Assembly: GCA_965242695.1 (NCBI GenBank)
Contig: CBDESU010000001.1
Coordinates: 1,984,001 to 2,048,000, forward strand
Reading direction: 5' to 3'
Length of the DNA stretch: 64,000 bases
Source: Cenarchaeum sp.
GTDB taxonomy: Archaea; Thermoproteota; Nitrososphaeria; Nitrososphaerales; Nitrosopumilaceae
The translations under genes and the position numbers were made by a program. The stretch's first letter is position 1, and every line of letters starts with the position of its first letter. Below, in pieces: positions 9,941-21,400 of this stretch. Under the pieces are notes generated by a model. The model saw only the letters and a list, made by a program, of their open reading frames with translations. It did not search any database and was not told where the DNA came from.

Positions 9941-10978
9941 ATGGCCAAGATGCGCGCGATGGTCCTCTCCGAGCTCGGCCCCGTCGAGTCGAGCCCGCTC
10001 AGGCTCTCCGAGATCGACCGCCACGAGATATCCAGGCCCAACGAGGTGCTGGTAAGGATAGAGGCGTGCGGCGTGTGCCACTCGCAGCTGCACGGCATCG
10101 AGGGCGACTGGAAGGACCTCGGCATCCCGCCTGCCCTCCCGACCGTCCCGGGCCACGAGATAGTCGGACGCGTCGTAGAGGCCGGCCCCGAGGCGTCCAG
10201 GTTCGACGTCGGCGACCGCGTCGGCGTCTCGCCCCTGCTCGAGTCGTGCAGGAAGTGCCGCCACTGCGGCGAGGGCAACGAGCAGCTGTGCGAATCGATG
10301 GAGGTGCTCGGCGAGTCGCTCAAGGGCGGGTACGCCGAGTACGTCACGGTCGCCGAGGACTTTGCCACGAGGGTGCCGCTCGAGATGAGCCCCGAGTTTG
10401 CCGCGCCGCTGTTCTGCGCCGGAATCACCGCGTACAAGGCCGTAAAGGCCACCGAGGCCGGCGCCGGCGCAAGGCTCGGCATACTAGGCATCGGCGGCGT
10501 GGGCCACATGGCCGTACAGTTTGCCAGGCTTGCCGGCGCCGAGGTCACGGCCGCCTCGCGCGGCCAGAGGCACCTAGAGGTGGCGCGCGAGCTTGGCGCA
10601 TCGGCGACGGCGAGGCTCGGGGGGACGCCGGCCGAGATGGCAGGTGCCGTGACGGACGCGGCCGGCGGACAGCTCGATGCGGCCGTCGTCCTTGCCCCGT
10701 CGGACGACGTGGCCGAGGCGGCCATCAAGGCAGTCAGGAGGGGCGGGACGATCGTCGTCGCCACTGTCGGCAGCCTGCGCGGGTTCGTCGCGTTCGAGGA
10801 AAAGACCATACGGGGCACGCTCATCGGGTCGCGCCGCGACATGGCAGACGTCGTCAGGATCGCATCCGAGGGGAGACTCAGGGTCGTCTCCGAGGCGTAC
10901 CCCCTAGAGGAGGCCAACGAGGTCCTCCGGCGCCTAAAGAACTCGCAGATCGACGCAAGGGCAGTCCTCGTGCCGTGA
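9941..10978 (+). CDS. Zinc-dependent alcohol dehydrogenase (MDR family)
   Basis: ACGVCHS, PGHEIVG, structural Zn C-x2-C-x2-C-x7-C, GIGGVG Rossmann motif. Confidence 0.93.
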   Translation: MAKMRAMVLSELGPVESSPLRLSEIDRHEISRPNEVLVRIEACGVCHSQLHGIEGDWKDLGIPPALPTVPGHEIVGRVVEAGPEASRFDVGDRVGVSPLLESCRKCRHCGEGNEQLCESMEVLGESLKGGYAEYVTVAEDFATRVPLEMSPEFAAPLFCAGITAYKAVKATEAGAGARLGILGIGGVGHMAVQFARLAGAEVTAASRGQRHLEVARELGASATARLGGTPAEMAGAVTDAAGGQLDAAVVLAPSDDVAEAAIKAVRRGGTIVVATVGSLRGFVAFEEKTIRGTLIGSRRDMADVVRIASEGRLRVVSEAYPLEEANEVLRRLKNSQIDARAVLVP

Positions 10979-11040
10979 GGCCAGGCGGCGGCGCGGCGCC
11001 GCGCGCGGTTTTAATACGCCCCGCTCGGGGCAGGCGCATC

Positions 11041-11193
11041 CTGCACTGCGACCGATGCCACCACGCCGACATGGCCCACGCGCCGTCCGATACGAGCACG
11101 TCCCTCATGAGGCTCGGCGCGTGCTCGATACCCGGCTGCACGTGCCCCGAGTACCGCGAGGCCATCAGGCGCATAGACGAGGAGCTCGTCTAG
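11041..11193 (+). CDS. Small Cys/His metal-binding protein (start uncertain, CTG/ATC)
   Basis: HCDRCHHADMAH...GACSIPGCTCPEY; TTTTAATA at 11009-11016. Confidence 0.65.
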   Translation: MHCDRCHHADMAHAPSDTSTSLMRLGACSIPGCTCPEYREAIRRIDEELV

Positions 11194-11238
11194 TGGATGG
11201 GCGGGGCGAATATATTGAAGTGTGTGAGGGGCACGCGC

Positions 11239-11502
11239 ATGAAGCAGGGCGGCCACGGAAAATCGCCGGACGAGGCCAAGAGGGAGTTTGACGCGATGGC
11301 CGCCAAGGTGAACGCGCTCGAGGTGTCCGCGTCCGACGAGTGGCAGCGCGGCGTAGCCAAGGTCCTCAGGGCGCTAGTCGACGGGCAGGCGCACGCGCAC
11401 GGCGAGCTCGGCCACCACAAAAAGGCCATGGACCTGCTCCTGCTCGAGATATTCAAGGCGCAGGGGTCCGGGGCCGGGGCGCAGAAGGGCGGCGGCCCCT
11501 AG
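11239..11502 (+). CDS. Small helical hypothetical protein
   Basis: AATATATT box ~25 nt before ATG 11239; host-like codon use. Confidence 0.7.
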   Translation: MKQGGHGKSPDEAKREFDAMAAKVNALEVSASDEWQRGVAKVLRALVDGQAHAHGELGHHKKAMDLLLLEIFKAQGSGAGAQKGGGP

Positions 11503-11606
11503 CGGGGCGCCGTGTCGCTCAGCCCGCACGACGGGCACCTTACAAGTATAGAGCTCCCCAGGTCGCGCTCCTTTTTCATCTCGGTCCCGCAGCACGGGCA
11601 GTTCAT
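11499..11606 (-). CDS. 35-aa zinc-ribbon microprotein
   Basis: MNCPCCGTEM...VRCPSCGLSD; TTTATT box ~27 nt upstream. Confidence 0.65.
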   Translation of the reverse strand: MNCPCCGTEMKKERDLGSSILVRCPSCGLSDTAPR

Positions 11607-11641
11607 CGCCGGCGCGCGGCCCTCGCCCCGCGAATAAAGCG

Positions 11642-11980
11642 TTACCCCTCCCCCGCGCCGGCCCTGTTGCATGCGGGCGCGTACGCCGAGACGATGCGGT
11701 CGACGACCCGCCTCCGGTCGTGCGCGCCGGCCTCGAACATGGGCAGGATCGCCAGGTGCAGGTTCGCCTCGCCGCCGGCCTCCTTCAGCCAGCACTTGAA
11801 CCGGTCGTTCGACGTCAGGTAGTCGGGCTTGTCCGTATGCTCGCACTCGCCGGCGTACAGGATCGTAAACCGGTCGCGGTCGCGCGCCATCACCAGGTAG
11901 ACGACCTTTTCCATGGGCGGCCCCCACTCGGACAGGCCGGCGGGGCCGAGGAACTCGTACTGGAGTATCTGGAGGGCCAT
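11642..11980 (-). CDS. Hypothetical protein, GIY-YIG-like pattern
   Basis: MALQILQYEFLGP...VVYLVM...ILYAGE...IVSAYAPACN resembles GIY-YIG spacing. Confidence 0.7.
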   Translation of the reverse strand: MALQILQYEFLGPAGLSEWGPPMEKVVYLVMARDRDRFTILYAGECEHTDKPDYLTSNDRFKCWLKEAGGEANLHLAILPMFEAGAHDRRRVVDRIVSAYAPACNRAGAGEG

Positions 11981-12442
11981 GCAGGCCGGGCGCGCCGGCG
12001 GGCGGATTTTTGTGTTTCTAGGCAGCCCGCGGCGCATGCCGCATGCGGGGCCCGGGCGGCCCTCAGGGGCGGGGTGGTGGAGCGGAGGGGCTCGCGCGCG
12101 CACCACTCCCCGCCTCGCCCCGCGCCCTGCGGGCGTGATCCGGCAGAGGGCGCGCAGTGCACGCAAGAATGCTGCGGCCGGATGAGGATGGCGGCAGTCG
12201 ATGCCGTCTCCGGGGCTCGGCAACGCTAGGCTCCGGCCGCGGCGGCGCGCCGTGCAGGGCGGGGAAACCGCGGCGGCCGCGCGTCGCGGCCGAGCGGCAA
12301 GGCCCGCGCCCATTCACGCGCATGCGCGGAGCGCGGCGGAACGGGAAAAAAGGCGGCGCGATGCGGCAGTAGGGCCGCCGCTTCCCCGAAGGGAGGGGCA
12401 TGGAGCCAGCAGGAAGCGCAACCTGCGGCGCCCCCGCGTCGC

Positions 12443-15400
12443 CTAGTTGCACGAGACAGAGTACTCCAGGGTCTGCGACATCGTGCCGGCGGCGAGCGCC
12501 GGCATCGACGAGAGGTCGACGACAAACTGCACTGCGATTTCCTCGCCGGGACCGAGCGACGAGCCGGACAGCGCGGTCGAGGCCCCGAGGCCGGCGTACT
12601 CGGCGCCTGCACCCTGCACCATGCGGTACATCGTAAGGCCGCGGTCTAGCGCAGTCGACGGCTGGGCGGTTGCGTTGGCGGCGGCGGCAGGTCTGTGCTC
12701 CCACATGCCGGCCGAGACGGACACGCCGGCGTCGCCGTACGCCGTGGTGCCCGTATTGAGCACCGTCTGCGTGTCGGCCCGCGAGCGCTGGCCGGGCATT
12801 AGCGGGCCAAAGTCCGTAGCGGCCTTTTCGAGATCGATGCTGCACGTTCCGGCGCCCTCGCGCGGCTCGCCGATGCGGCTCCACGAGCCGTCGGCGCCGA
12901 CGGCAGATACAGAGTACCTTGCCGGCATGGCCAGGTCGCCGTTGGCGTCGAGTATGATCCTCCCGCCCAGGGCCGATCCGGCATACTTGCGCGCGGCCTC
13001 GGCCATATTTGCAGACACGTCGGACGGGGCGGCGTCCCGCGGCGCGGTCGAGCCCGCGGCGGCGATCGAGCGGCCGAGCAGGAACGCCGCGTCGTACGCC
13101 GCGTACGCGGGTCCCCTAGTCGAGTCGTCCAGTACAACGGAGGACATGGCGGCCATTAGCCGCGCATCGACCACATCGCTCGGCGCCGCGTGCTGCGACA
13201 TCACGGCAAGCCCGGTCGCCCTTGCAAGGCCGGGCGGCGGCATGCCAAGCTCGGCCCTGGCCAGCTCGCCCGTGGCGTACCAGTTTGCGCCGGGGCTTGC
13301 GCTGCCGGCAGCCGGCGTCCCTGCAAGGGCCGCAAACGCGCCGGCCCTGCCCGTGTAGACTACCGCCGTCGAGTTGGCCAGAGTGCCGCCCCCATCAACG
13401 GCGGCGTTTACGGCCTCCATTGCGGCGCCGGCCCAGCCCTCGTCCTCGGATGCAGAGTCGTACGAGACGACCTGTACGGTCCTGCCGCCGGCCGACGCAT
13501 CCGACGACGGGGATGCAAGGGCGGCGGCCATGCTCATGCTCTGCAGCGATGCGCTGTCGTTTAGCACAACGACCCTCGATGTGTCGCCGCCGAGCAGCCC
13601 AGCAAGCACGCCGGCGGCCGTGCCGTCCGGAGGGGCAAGGCGGAAGAGCGAGTCGGCGGCGGCAAGCGCTGGCACGTCGGCCGTCGAGGTCGGCGAGACG
13701 ACTGTACCAGAGCCGCCCGTCGGGTCAGCCGCGGCTGCCGCATCGCCGGCTGCCACGAGCAGGTGCGACGGCGCGCCCGGCGGGTAGTGGCCGGCCCCGA
13801 ACACCAGGTCGTCGGCCGTGCCGGCCACGCCGTCAGGGCCGTTGTGCAGTACGATGATCGAGCGCTTGGACTGCATCTCGCCGCCGGCCGCCGGGTTTGC
13901 AAACTCGTACGTCCACCACTTCCACCTAGCCTCGGGGTACCCCTCGATACCCTCCGACGCGGTCCCGTCGTCAAAGTCGTACAGCGCGCGCAGTCCGTCG
14001 GCTCCGCCCGCAATGCCGAGCACGACGTCGGCCCGCCCGACGAGCGAGGGGTTTGCGCCGTGGGCGACCAGGGTCCCGTTCCGGTTCGTCGCGAATGGAT
14101 AGTGGCCGTATTCGGCCCCCATGGCGCTTATCGCCTCTAGGCCGCCCGTCGCGTTCCCGTCGTACAGCGCGATCGCCCGCGCGATCGAGTTTTCCAGGAC
14201 GGGGCGCATCCTCTCGTCGTCGTTGGCGCCGGTGCGGAGCGCCTCGAGCGCCGCCGTGTGCGCGTCCGAGTCGGCCAGGTCGGGCGAGGCGACCGTGTAC
14301 GGAACCGGTTCGATCCCGACCAGCCCGCCCATGCGCGCCTGCCCCTCGTTGTAGGCCTCGGCTCCGGCGGCGAACCCGACGGCCGCCGCCGCGTCGATCG
14401 AGCGCACGGGCGATCCCGGCGCGTCCGCCACTACGACGCCTACCCTGACGGGGCCGCCGTCGTCGATCGCCGGCGCGTACTCTACGCTTGCGCCCGGAGT
14501 GGCTGCAATTCCTGTTCCGGCCGCCACGGATGCCGCGTGTCCCGGATAGTAGTTGCTGCGGGCGGCGAGCGTCCCGCCCGCGCTGTTGGCAACGAGTGGG
14601 GCCGTGTTTGTCGCGTCGATCGTATTGTGGCTGAACCGCACGTCGTTTGCGCCGTCGGGCGAGCCGAGCGGGGCCGCGCCGACCGCGACGGGATCGCCGC
14701 CCGTCCCGTCGGCCGCGTCCGCCCCCGGATCGCAAGTGCCGGCGCACACGGAAAGCGCGCCGGCGCTGCCCGATATGCGGTTGAGCGCGACGACGACGTC
14801 GTCCGAGCCCGACCAGACCTCGATTGCGGCGCCGGCCAGGCCGTCGTGCGCCGGCGCGCCGTCCGGCGGCATGTGCGGCGCGGCGTTGGCGCCGATTATG
14901 GTGTTGCTGCGGACGTCGACGTTCCGGGACGGCAGTATCCGTATGCCGTCGTCGGGCACGCCCTCTATGTGGTTGCCCTCTATGACGAGCCCGTCGGCGC
15001 CCGCCACCCTCATTCCCGTGTAGGTCGTCCCGAAGATGTAGTTGTCCCGGATGGTCGCGTTTGCGAGCTCGGTCGTGCCGGCCGTGAATGGCCCGTGCCT
15101 TCCGGCCACTATGGCGTCGGCCCTGTCGGGGGCCGACGGCGACATGCAGCCAGCCGAGTTGGACCCGATGTCGTAGAACCTGTTGCCGGATATGGTCAGA
15201 TCTGCGATAGGCGGGGCGCCGGCGTCGGCCGCCGCGCGGATGCCGCTGTCGCACGTGTCGCGGAACGTGTTGCCCTCTATTGTGACCGGCGCGGCGCCGG
15301 CGGCTGAGCCGGTCTTGGACAGGACGGTTATCGAGGCCAGGCCGCCCGCGCCCGACGTGTGCGACGTGTTCATGAACGCGAGGTTGCGGATTGTTATGGG

Positions 15401-18400
15401 GCCGGCGGCGGACGGCTCGACTATGATGTGCGAGTAGCCGGTAAAGACCGGCCGGTCGTCGGGGTCGGCCGCCTCTATCGTCAGCGGCTTGTCGACTATC
15501 AGAACCTCGGCGCGGTACTCGCCCGGCTGCACCTGGACGGTGCCTCCCGGCGGGGCCGACGAGACCATGGCCTCGAGGGCAGAGGCGGCGCGGGCCGTCC
15601 CAAACTTTGTCAGGTGGTACGTGTGTATGACCTTGTCGCCGCCAGAGTCGCGCTGGCACTCGCCCGACCCGCCGAGCTGCGCGTGCACTGCGGCCGTGTC
15701 GTCGGCCTCGCATACGGCCGCAATCGGCACTACCGAGCCGTCCGACGTGTTCACGTAGAACGCGCTGCCGCCGGCCTGCCCGTCGAGTACGATGCGGACC
15801 GGCAGGTCGAAGACGATTCGGGTCTCGCTGTCGCCGACCTCTACGACCTGCAGCACCTCTAGGCCCGAGGGGGCGGCATCGCCGAGCGCCTCGGCGACCT
15901 CCTGAACGGTCGGCCTGTCGGGCGAGACGTACAGCTCTAGCAGGCCGTCTGCGGGAACCATCGTGGCCGTGACGTTTGGCGGGAAGTGGACCTCGGCAAA
16001 CGATGCGACTATTGCGACCGTATCCGTGCCGGGAAGCCTCACCGTGTTCGTCCCGTTCTCCTCGAGCGGCATCTCGGCGAGCGACGAGACGTTGACGGCC
16101 GGGCGGACCGTCTCGCCGCCGTCGACGACGTCGACTTGGCGGACAAAGCCGTCCCGCTCGATGGCCACGACGGGCGCATCGCCCGTCGGCGCCACCGTGA
16201 CGGCGAACGTGCCGGCCCTCACCGGTATCGTGTCGTCGGTAAACGTCTGCGGCGTGCCGCCGGCGCTGCGCCCCTCTAGGTCAGTGTTGAGCGCGATCGT
16301 GCCCGTGTCGCTGCGCGAGACGCCGGGCCCGCCAAACCGCACCGTGTGCGTCGCGGTGCCCAGGCCGTCCACATCCGTCGGCGATGCGGTCGTCCCGTCG
16401 GACAGCTCGATCGTCCCGTACACGTCGCCCGTGTAGCCGCTCGGTGGGCCGAGCGGCGCCGTATAGTCGATGCGGATGGTATTCCTTGCCGAGAATGCCG
16501 CCTCGGCGGCAGTCTCTGTCGTATCCCTGTCCAGTATGACTATACGGCCGCCGCTCGTCTCGGCAAGCGATGCGCCCGTCCCCGCGCCGGGCAGCCCCGG
16601 CGCCGCATCGTTGCCGGCCATGTCCCTGATCGAGGCGCCGCCGGCGAGGATCAGATCCGTAGCGGTGTTTGTCAGCGGGTCGGCAGTATCGCCACCCTGC
16701 ACCGTGTACTCGAAGGCGATGCGACTCGTGCCGTTCCCGCCCGAGTACGATGCGGCCGAGCCCGGCAGGTCCGTCGCCAGCGGGAGGGTGGGCGTTCCGC
16801 CGGCCACGACCACATCCTCGCTGAACGCCGCTATAATCTCGATCGCGCTGCCCGGATAGTACGATCCCGCGGGTGTCGTCGTTGTAATGTTCACGACGTA
16901 CGGGCGCACGCTGTCGATTGCCGGAACGCGGCCTATGGCAGGCAGCTCCAGCACGGCATCGGGGTTTGGCTCGGCGTCGATCAGGGCACCGTTGAGATCC
17001 ATGCGGACCAGCATGTCGGGGCCGAGCCGATCGTCCTCCCTTACCGTGTACTCAAAGCTGAGCGTGTTTCCCGAGGCGCCCCTGTACACCGCGGTGCCCG
17101 TCCCGGTCGCTGATCCCGTCGACAAGAGGAGCGACGGCTTTCCGTGCAGCGTATTCACGACCGTATCCTTGCTGAACGTGGCCGCGATGCCCACCGCATC
17201 GCCGATTCCCTGCACGCCGGGGGACGGAATCGGCGACACGCTGGCTATGGACCGCGCCGTCGTAGAGTAGTCGACCGTATCGGGGCTGCGTATCTGCTCC
17301 GGTGCGATCATACCCGGGTAGTAGTTGTTCGTCGCATCCAGCACGCCCGTCGCGTTGTTGGCGATCAGGTCGGCGCCGTTCAGGCCGTTGTCGCCCGATA
17401 TCGCGTTCCAGTTGAACGCAAAGTTGTTTGCGGTCACGTTGATGCTGTAGCTCCCAAAGCCGCCGTCGTCGTACGCAGGGAGCAGTATGTTGCGGACCTT
17501 CCACCGGTCGCGGTTGTCGGGGCCGCTGTGGATCACGCCGTCGCTCTCGGTGGCGCACGTGCCGGCGCATGCGACGAACGCGCCGCCGCTGCCCCTGATC
17601 GCGTTGTCCGTTGCGGTCACGCCCTCTAGGTTGGCCCACACCTTTATGGCCGCGCTCGGCGTCGGCTTTTCGTAGTGGGGCCTTGTAATGTTGCCGCCGA
17701 GCGATTTTCCATCCAGTCCGATTGCACCGTAGTACGACAGCTCGCCGCTGCCCTCTACCCCGTCGAGGTAGTCCATGTCCGGCTCGGTGTTGGCGTTGAC
17801 GATCGTGTTTGCGCGAATCAGCACGTCTGACTCGTCGTAGTTCTTGTTGTGCGCAAGCGCAATGCCCGCCTCGGGCGTGTTCTGTATCGTGTTGCCGACG
17901 ATCCGGACGTCGTCGGGGTTGAACACCCGGATGCCGGCCGAGCTCGTCCTGCGTATGTCGTTGTAGGAGATGTCGGCGTTCCTCACCTCGTCCTGGCCCG
18001 GGTGGAACGACAGGCCGATCCCGCCGTGCGTGTACAGCCACTCGTCCTCGCCGCCGGTGTTGAGCGGCTCGGTCTTGCCCGGCGCGATCTTGGTGCCGAC
18101 GTTTGCGAGCTCGTTGAACCTTACCTTTGCGTTCTCGAGCCCCTTGCCGCCCTTTGTCTGCACCGCGGCGTGGCACGTGTCCGCAAAGCGGTTGTCCTCG
18201 ATCACGATGTTCTCGAGCTTGATCCGGTTGTGTATGCCGATGTGGTTGTAGGGCAGGCCCGGCATGCAGTCCGTATCCTCGAACGACAGGCCCCGTATCG
18301 TGACGCCGCTCGACTCTACCTGTATGCGGGAATATCCGGTGAACGTTGCGGGCCCCGCCTCGCCCGTCGTCGACGTGAGCGTGAGCGACTTGTTTATCAC

Positions 18401-21400
18401 AAGGACGGTGTCTGCGTACGTCCCGTCCGGAATGGTCACGACGGAGCCGGCCGACGCGGCGTCGATCATTTTCTGCAGGCCGGTGCGCGGCTGCGGGTCG
18501 ATCACATACACACTCGGCGTCCACTGGGGCGAGACGTAGACGGTCCCGTCGCCCCGGTCGACCGTCAGGCCGCGCATCTGGTCGGACAGCGACGACTCGC
18601 CGAGTATCGAGCCGTCGCTGGCGCGCAGCGCGTACACGGACGGCCTTACGCGGTCGTAGCTTACCGCGTACAGCACGCCGTTGCCCGCATCCAGGTCTAT
18701 GCCCTGGATGTCGCCGGGCAGTCCCTGCACCCTCTCGGGCGAGCGCGGCAGGCCCGTCTCGCCGTCGAGTTCGGTGCCGACGTCGTACCTGAGCAAGGTT
18801 CCGTTCTCGAACAGGACGTACAGCTTGTCGTGCTCGTCGTCCAGGATCATGTCGCTTGCCCAGACGTTGCGGTGCCCCTGATCTCGGTGGTTGTAGGTAT
18901 GGTGATCGCCGGTGCCGTTGACGATTGGGACAAAGTCGAGTATCTCGTAGTCGGGGGTGACCGTGCCGTCGCCGCCCTCGAACGAGACCGTCGCAATGCC
19001 CCACAGCGGGCTGCCGAACGTGCCCGTCCTGCCCACGACGTACGCCGAGTGGCTCGCGGTGGCGTTGGCGACCACCGCGCTCGGGTGCCCGATCGCCGTT
19101 GGGCTTGCCGTGTGGTCGTACGGGTGCCTCCCCTCGTGGAAGACCGCGGGGTGCAGCGAGCCGTTGTTCGTGTTGACGACCAGTATGGGGCTTGCATTCC
19201 TGTCGCGCACAATGTCGGGGCGGTGGCCCTCGGTCGATATGTATGCGGCGTGGTTTGTCGGGTCCAGGTCTATGGCGTACAGGTCGTACCGCTCGTTGAC
19301 CTCGCCGTGCCTGTTGGTGTGGTTTAGTGGAACCGACCATGCGATCTCCATGCTGTCCAGGTCGATCTTTGCCAGCGAGGCATGCGTGCCGTCGCTCTCG
19401 CCTTCGGGCCGCTGCTCGCCCAGGTCGTACGTGTGGTTGTACGCGTGTATGACGTACAGCGCGCGGCCGTCTACGTCGATCTCCATGGCTGGGATGCGGG
19501 GATAGTCTATGCCGACCGGCTCGAACCTCTTGGCCAGCGGGTACCCGTTGTCGGCGTCCAGATCGTACGCCAAGAGGGAGACGGCCTCGGGGCTCGCCGC
19601 CCCTACGAAGGGCTGGCTTGCCACGTATGCGATGCCCTGTACGTGGTCGATCCGGACGATCTCGGGCGAGATGTCGCCCGCCGTAAACGACCCCGTCGCG
19701 TGGTACGTGCACCTGTCCGCGTCCGCAGACGACGGGCACTGCGCGTCCTCGCCGTCCGGAACAGCCTGCGCCAATACGCTAGACCCCAGGTCCATGGCCC
19801 CCAGGACGGGAACGTCCGATGCGGCCGAATACCCGGGGAAGCTGTTGCCCGTCGCATCTAGCGTTCCCTGCGTTACATTGCTCCGGATCAGCACGCCGTT
19901 GTTGTCCGTACCGTTGTGCGCGTATACGACGTTGCTTCGGAACACGATGTTGGCGCCGTCAATGTTTGTGTCGGACGGTATGTTTCTGTTCCCCCCGCGC
20001 ACGAGCCCGTCGCTCTCGAACGCGCACACGCCGGTGCACACGGTAAAGGCCCCATCGCTGCCTCGTATGGTGTTTTCCTCTACCCTGATGTTCTCGCCGT
20101 TGGACCACACATTGATTGCGGCATCCGGCGCAGGCAGGCCGTCTCCGTACGTCGGGTGATCCTGGGGCGTGAGCGTGATGCGGAGGTGCAGCACTGCCGA
20201 GCCGAAGAAGCGCCAGTAGTCCGCATCGCCGCTGCCCTCGATGCCGGCAAGGTAGTCCAGATCGGGCTCGCTGTTGGCGTTGACGATGGTGTTGCGGAGG
20301 ACTTGGACGTCTCGGGGTCCGTGCGGCAGCCCGATTGCGCTCGCCGGCGTGTTTGCTATGTAGTTGTCGGATATCTCCATGTTGTCCGCGTTGAAGACGC
20401 GTATGCCGGCCGCGCTCGTGCCGTTGATGAAGTTGCCCGTAATCTGGCCGCTGATCGTGTTCTGGCCTGGGTGGTGCGACAGCCCTATGGCGCCGTGCAT
20501 GATCTGGAACTCGTTCTCGCCGCCCGTGTCGAGCGGCCCGGTCCAGCCGTGCGGCACCTTTAGTCCGATGTTCACGAACGTGTTGTCCCGGATGGCGATA
20601 TCGATCAGCTTGCCGTTGCCCTCCTTTTGTATTGCCGCGTGGCACGTGTCGCGGAAGACGTTGTTTTCTATAGTGACTCGCTCCCTCGAGACGCCGCCGT
20701 GCGTCCTGATCTCTACGAGCGACCCGCCAAAGCCCGGCATGCAGTCCGTGTTTTCGAACGAGAGGCCCCTGACGGTCACGTCGTCTGCCTCTATCTCGAT
20801 GCGCGAGTACCCAGTGAACTTTGCGGCGCCCGGCTGCCCGGATGCCGTCTCCAAGGTAAGGGACTTGTTGATGTCGAGGACCGTATTGTCGTAGATGCCC
20901 GGCTCGACCGTGATCGTATCGCCGTCGGATGCGGCGTCTATCCTCTTTTGGAGGTCAGTCTTTGGCTCGCCTGCGATGACGTACGCGCCAAGCGCCCACT
21001 GCGGCAGCACGTACACATCCCCGCTGGACGAGTCGATCCCCATCTCCATGGTCTGGCTCGTCGTAGATGCGACGCCCACGCGTACATGCGTCTCCGAGTT
21101 CAGCACGATCACGCGCGGGTCGGTCCAGTCGTACAGCGAGGCGTACAGCAGGCCCCTCTGGGAGTCAAGGGCAATGTCATGGATGGTGCGATCCGCAGAC
21201 CTGCCCGTCTCGTCGGGCGTCCTGACGTGCACTTCCTCTATGCTCTCGGGGAGACCATTCACGTCAAGCGGTGCGGCCCACACTGTATGGTTCTCGTACA
21301 GGGCAAACAGCTTGTTGTTCAGCCTGTCGAGGTGTAGGGCCTCGATGCGCGCGTCGGATGCGCCCCTGCCGCCGGTGCCGCCGCCGCTGTTATCACAGGC

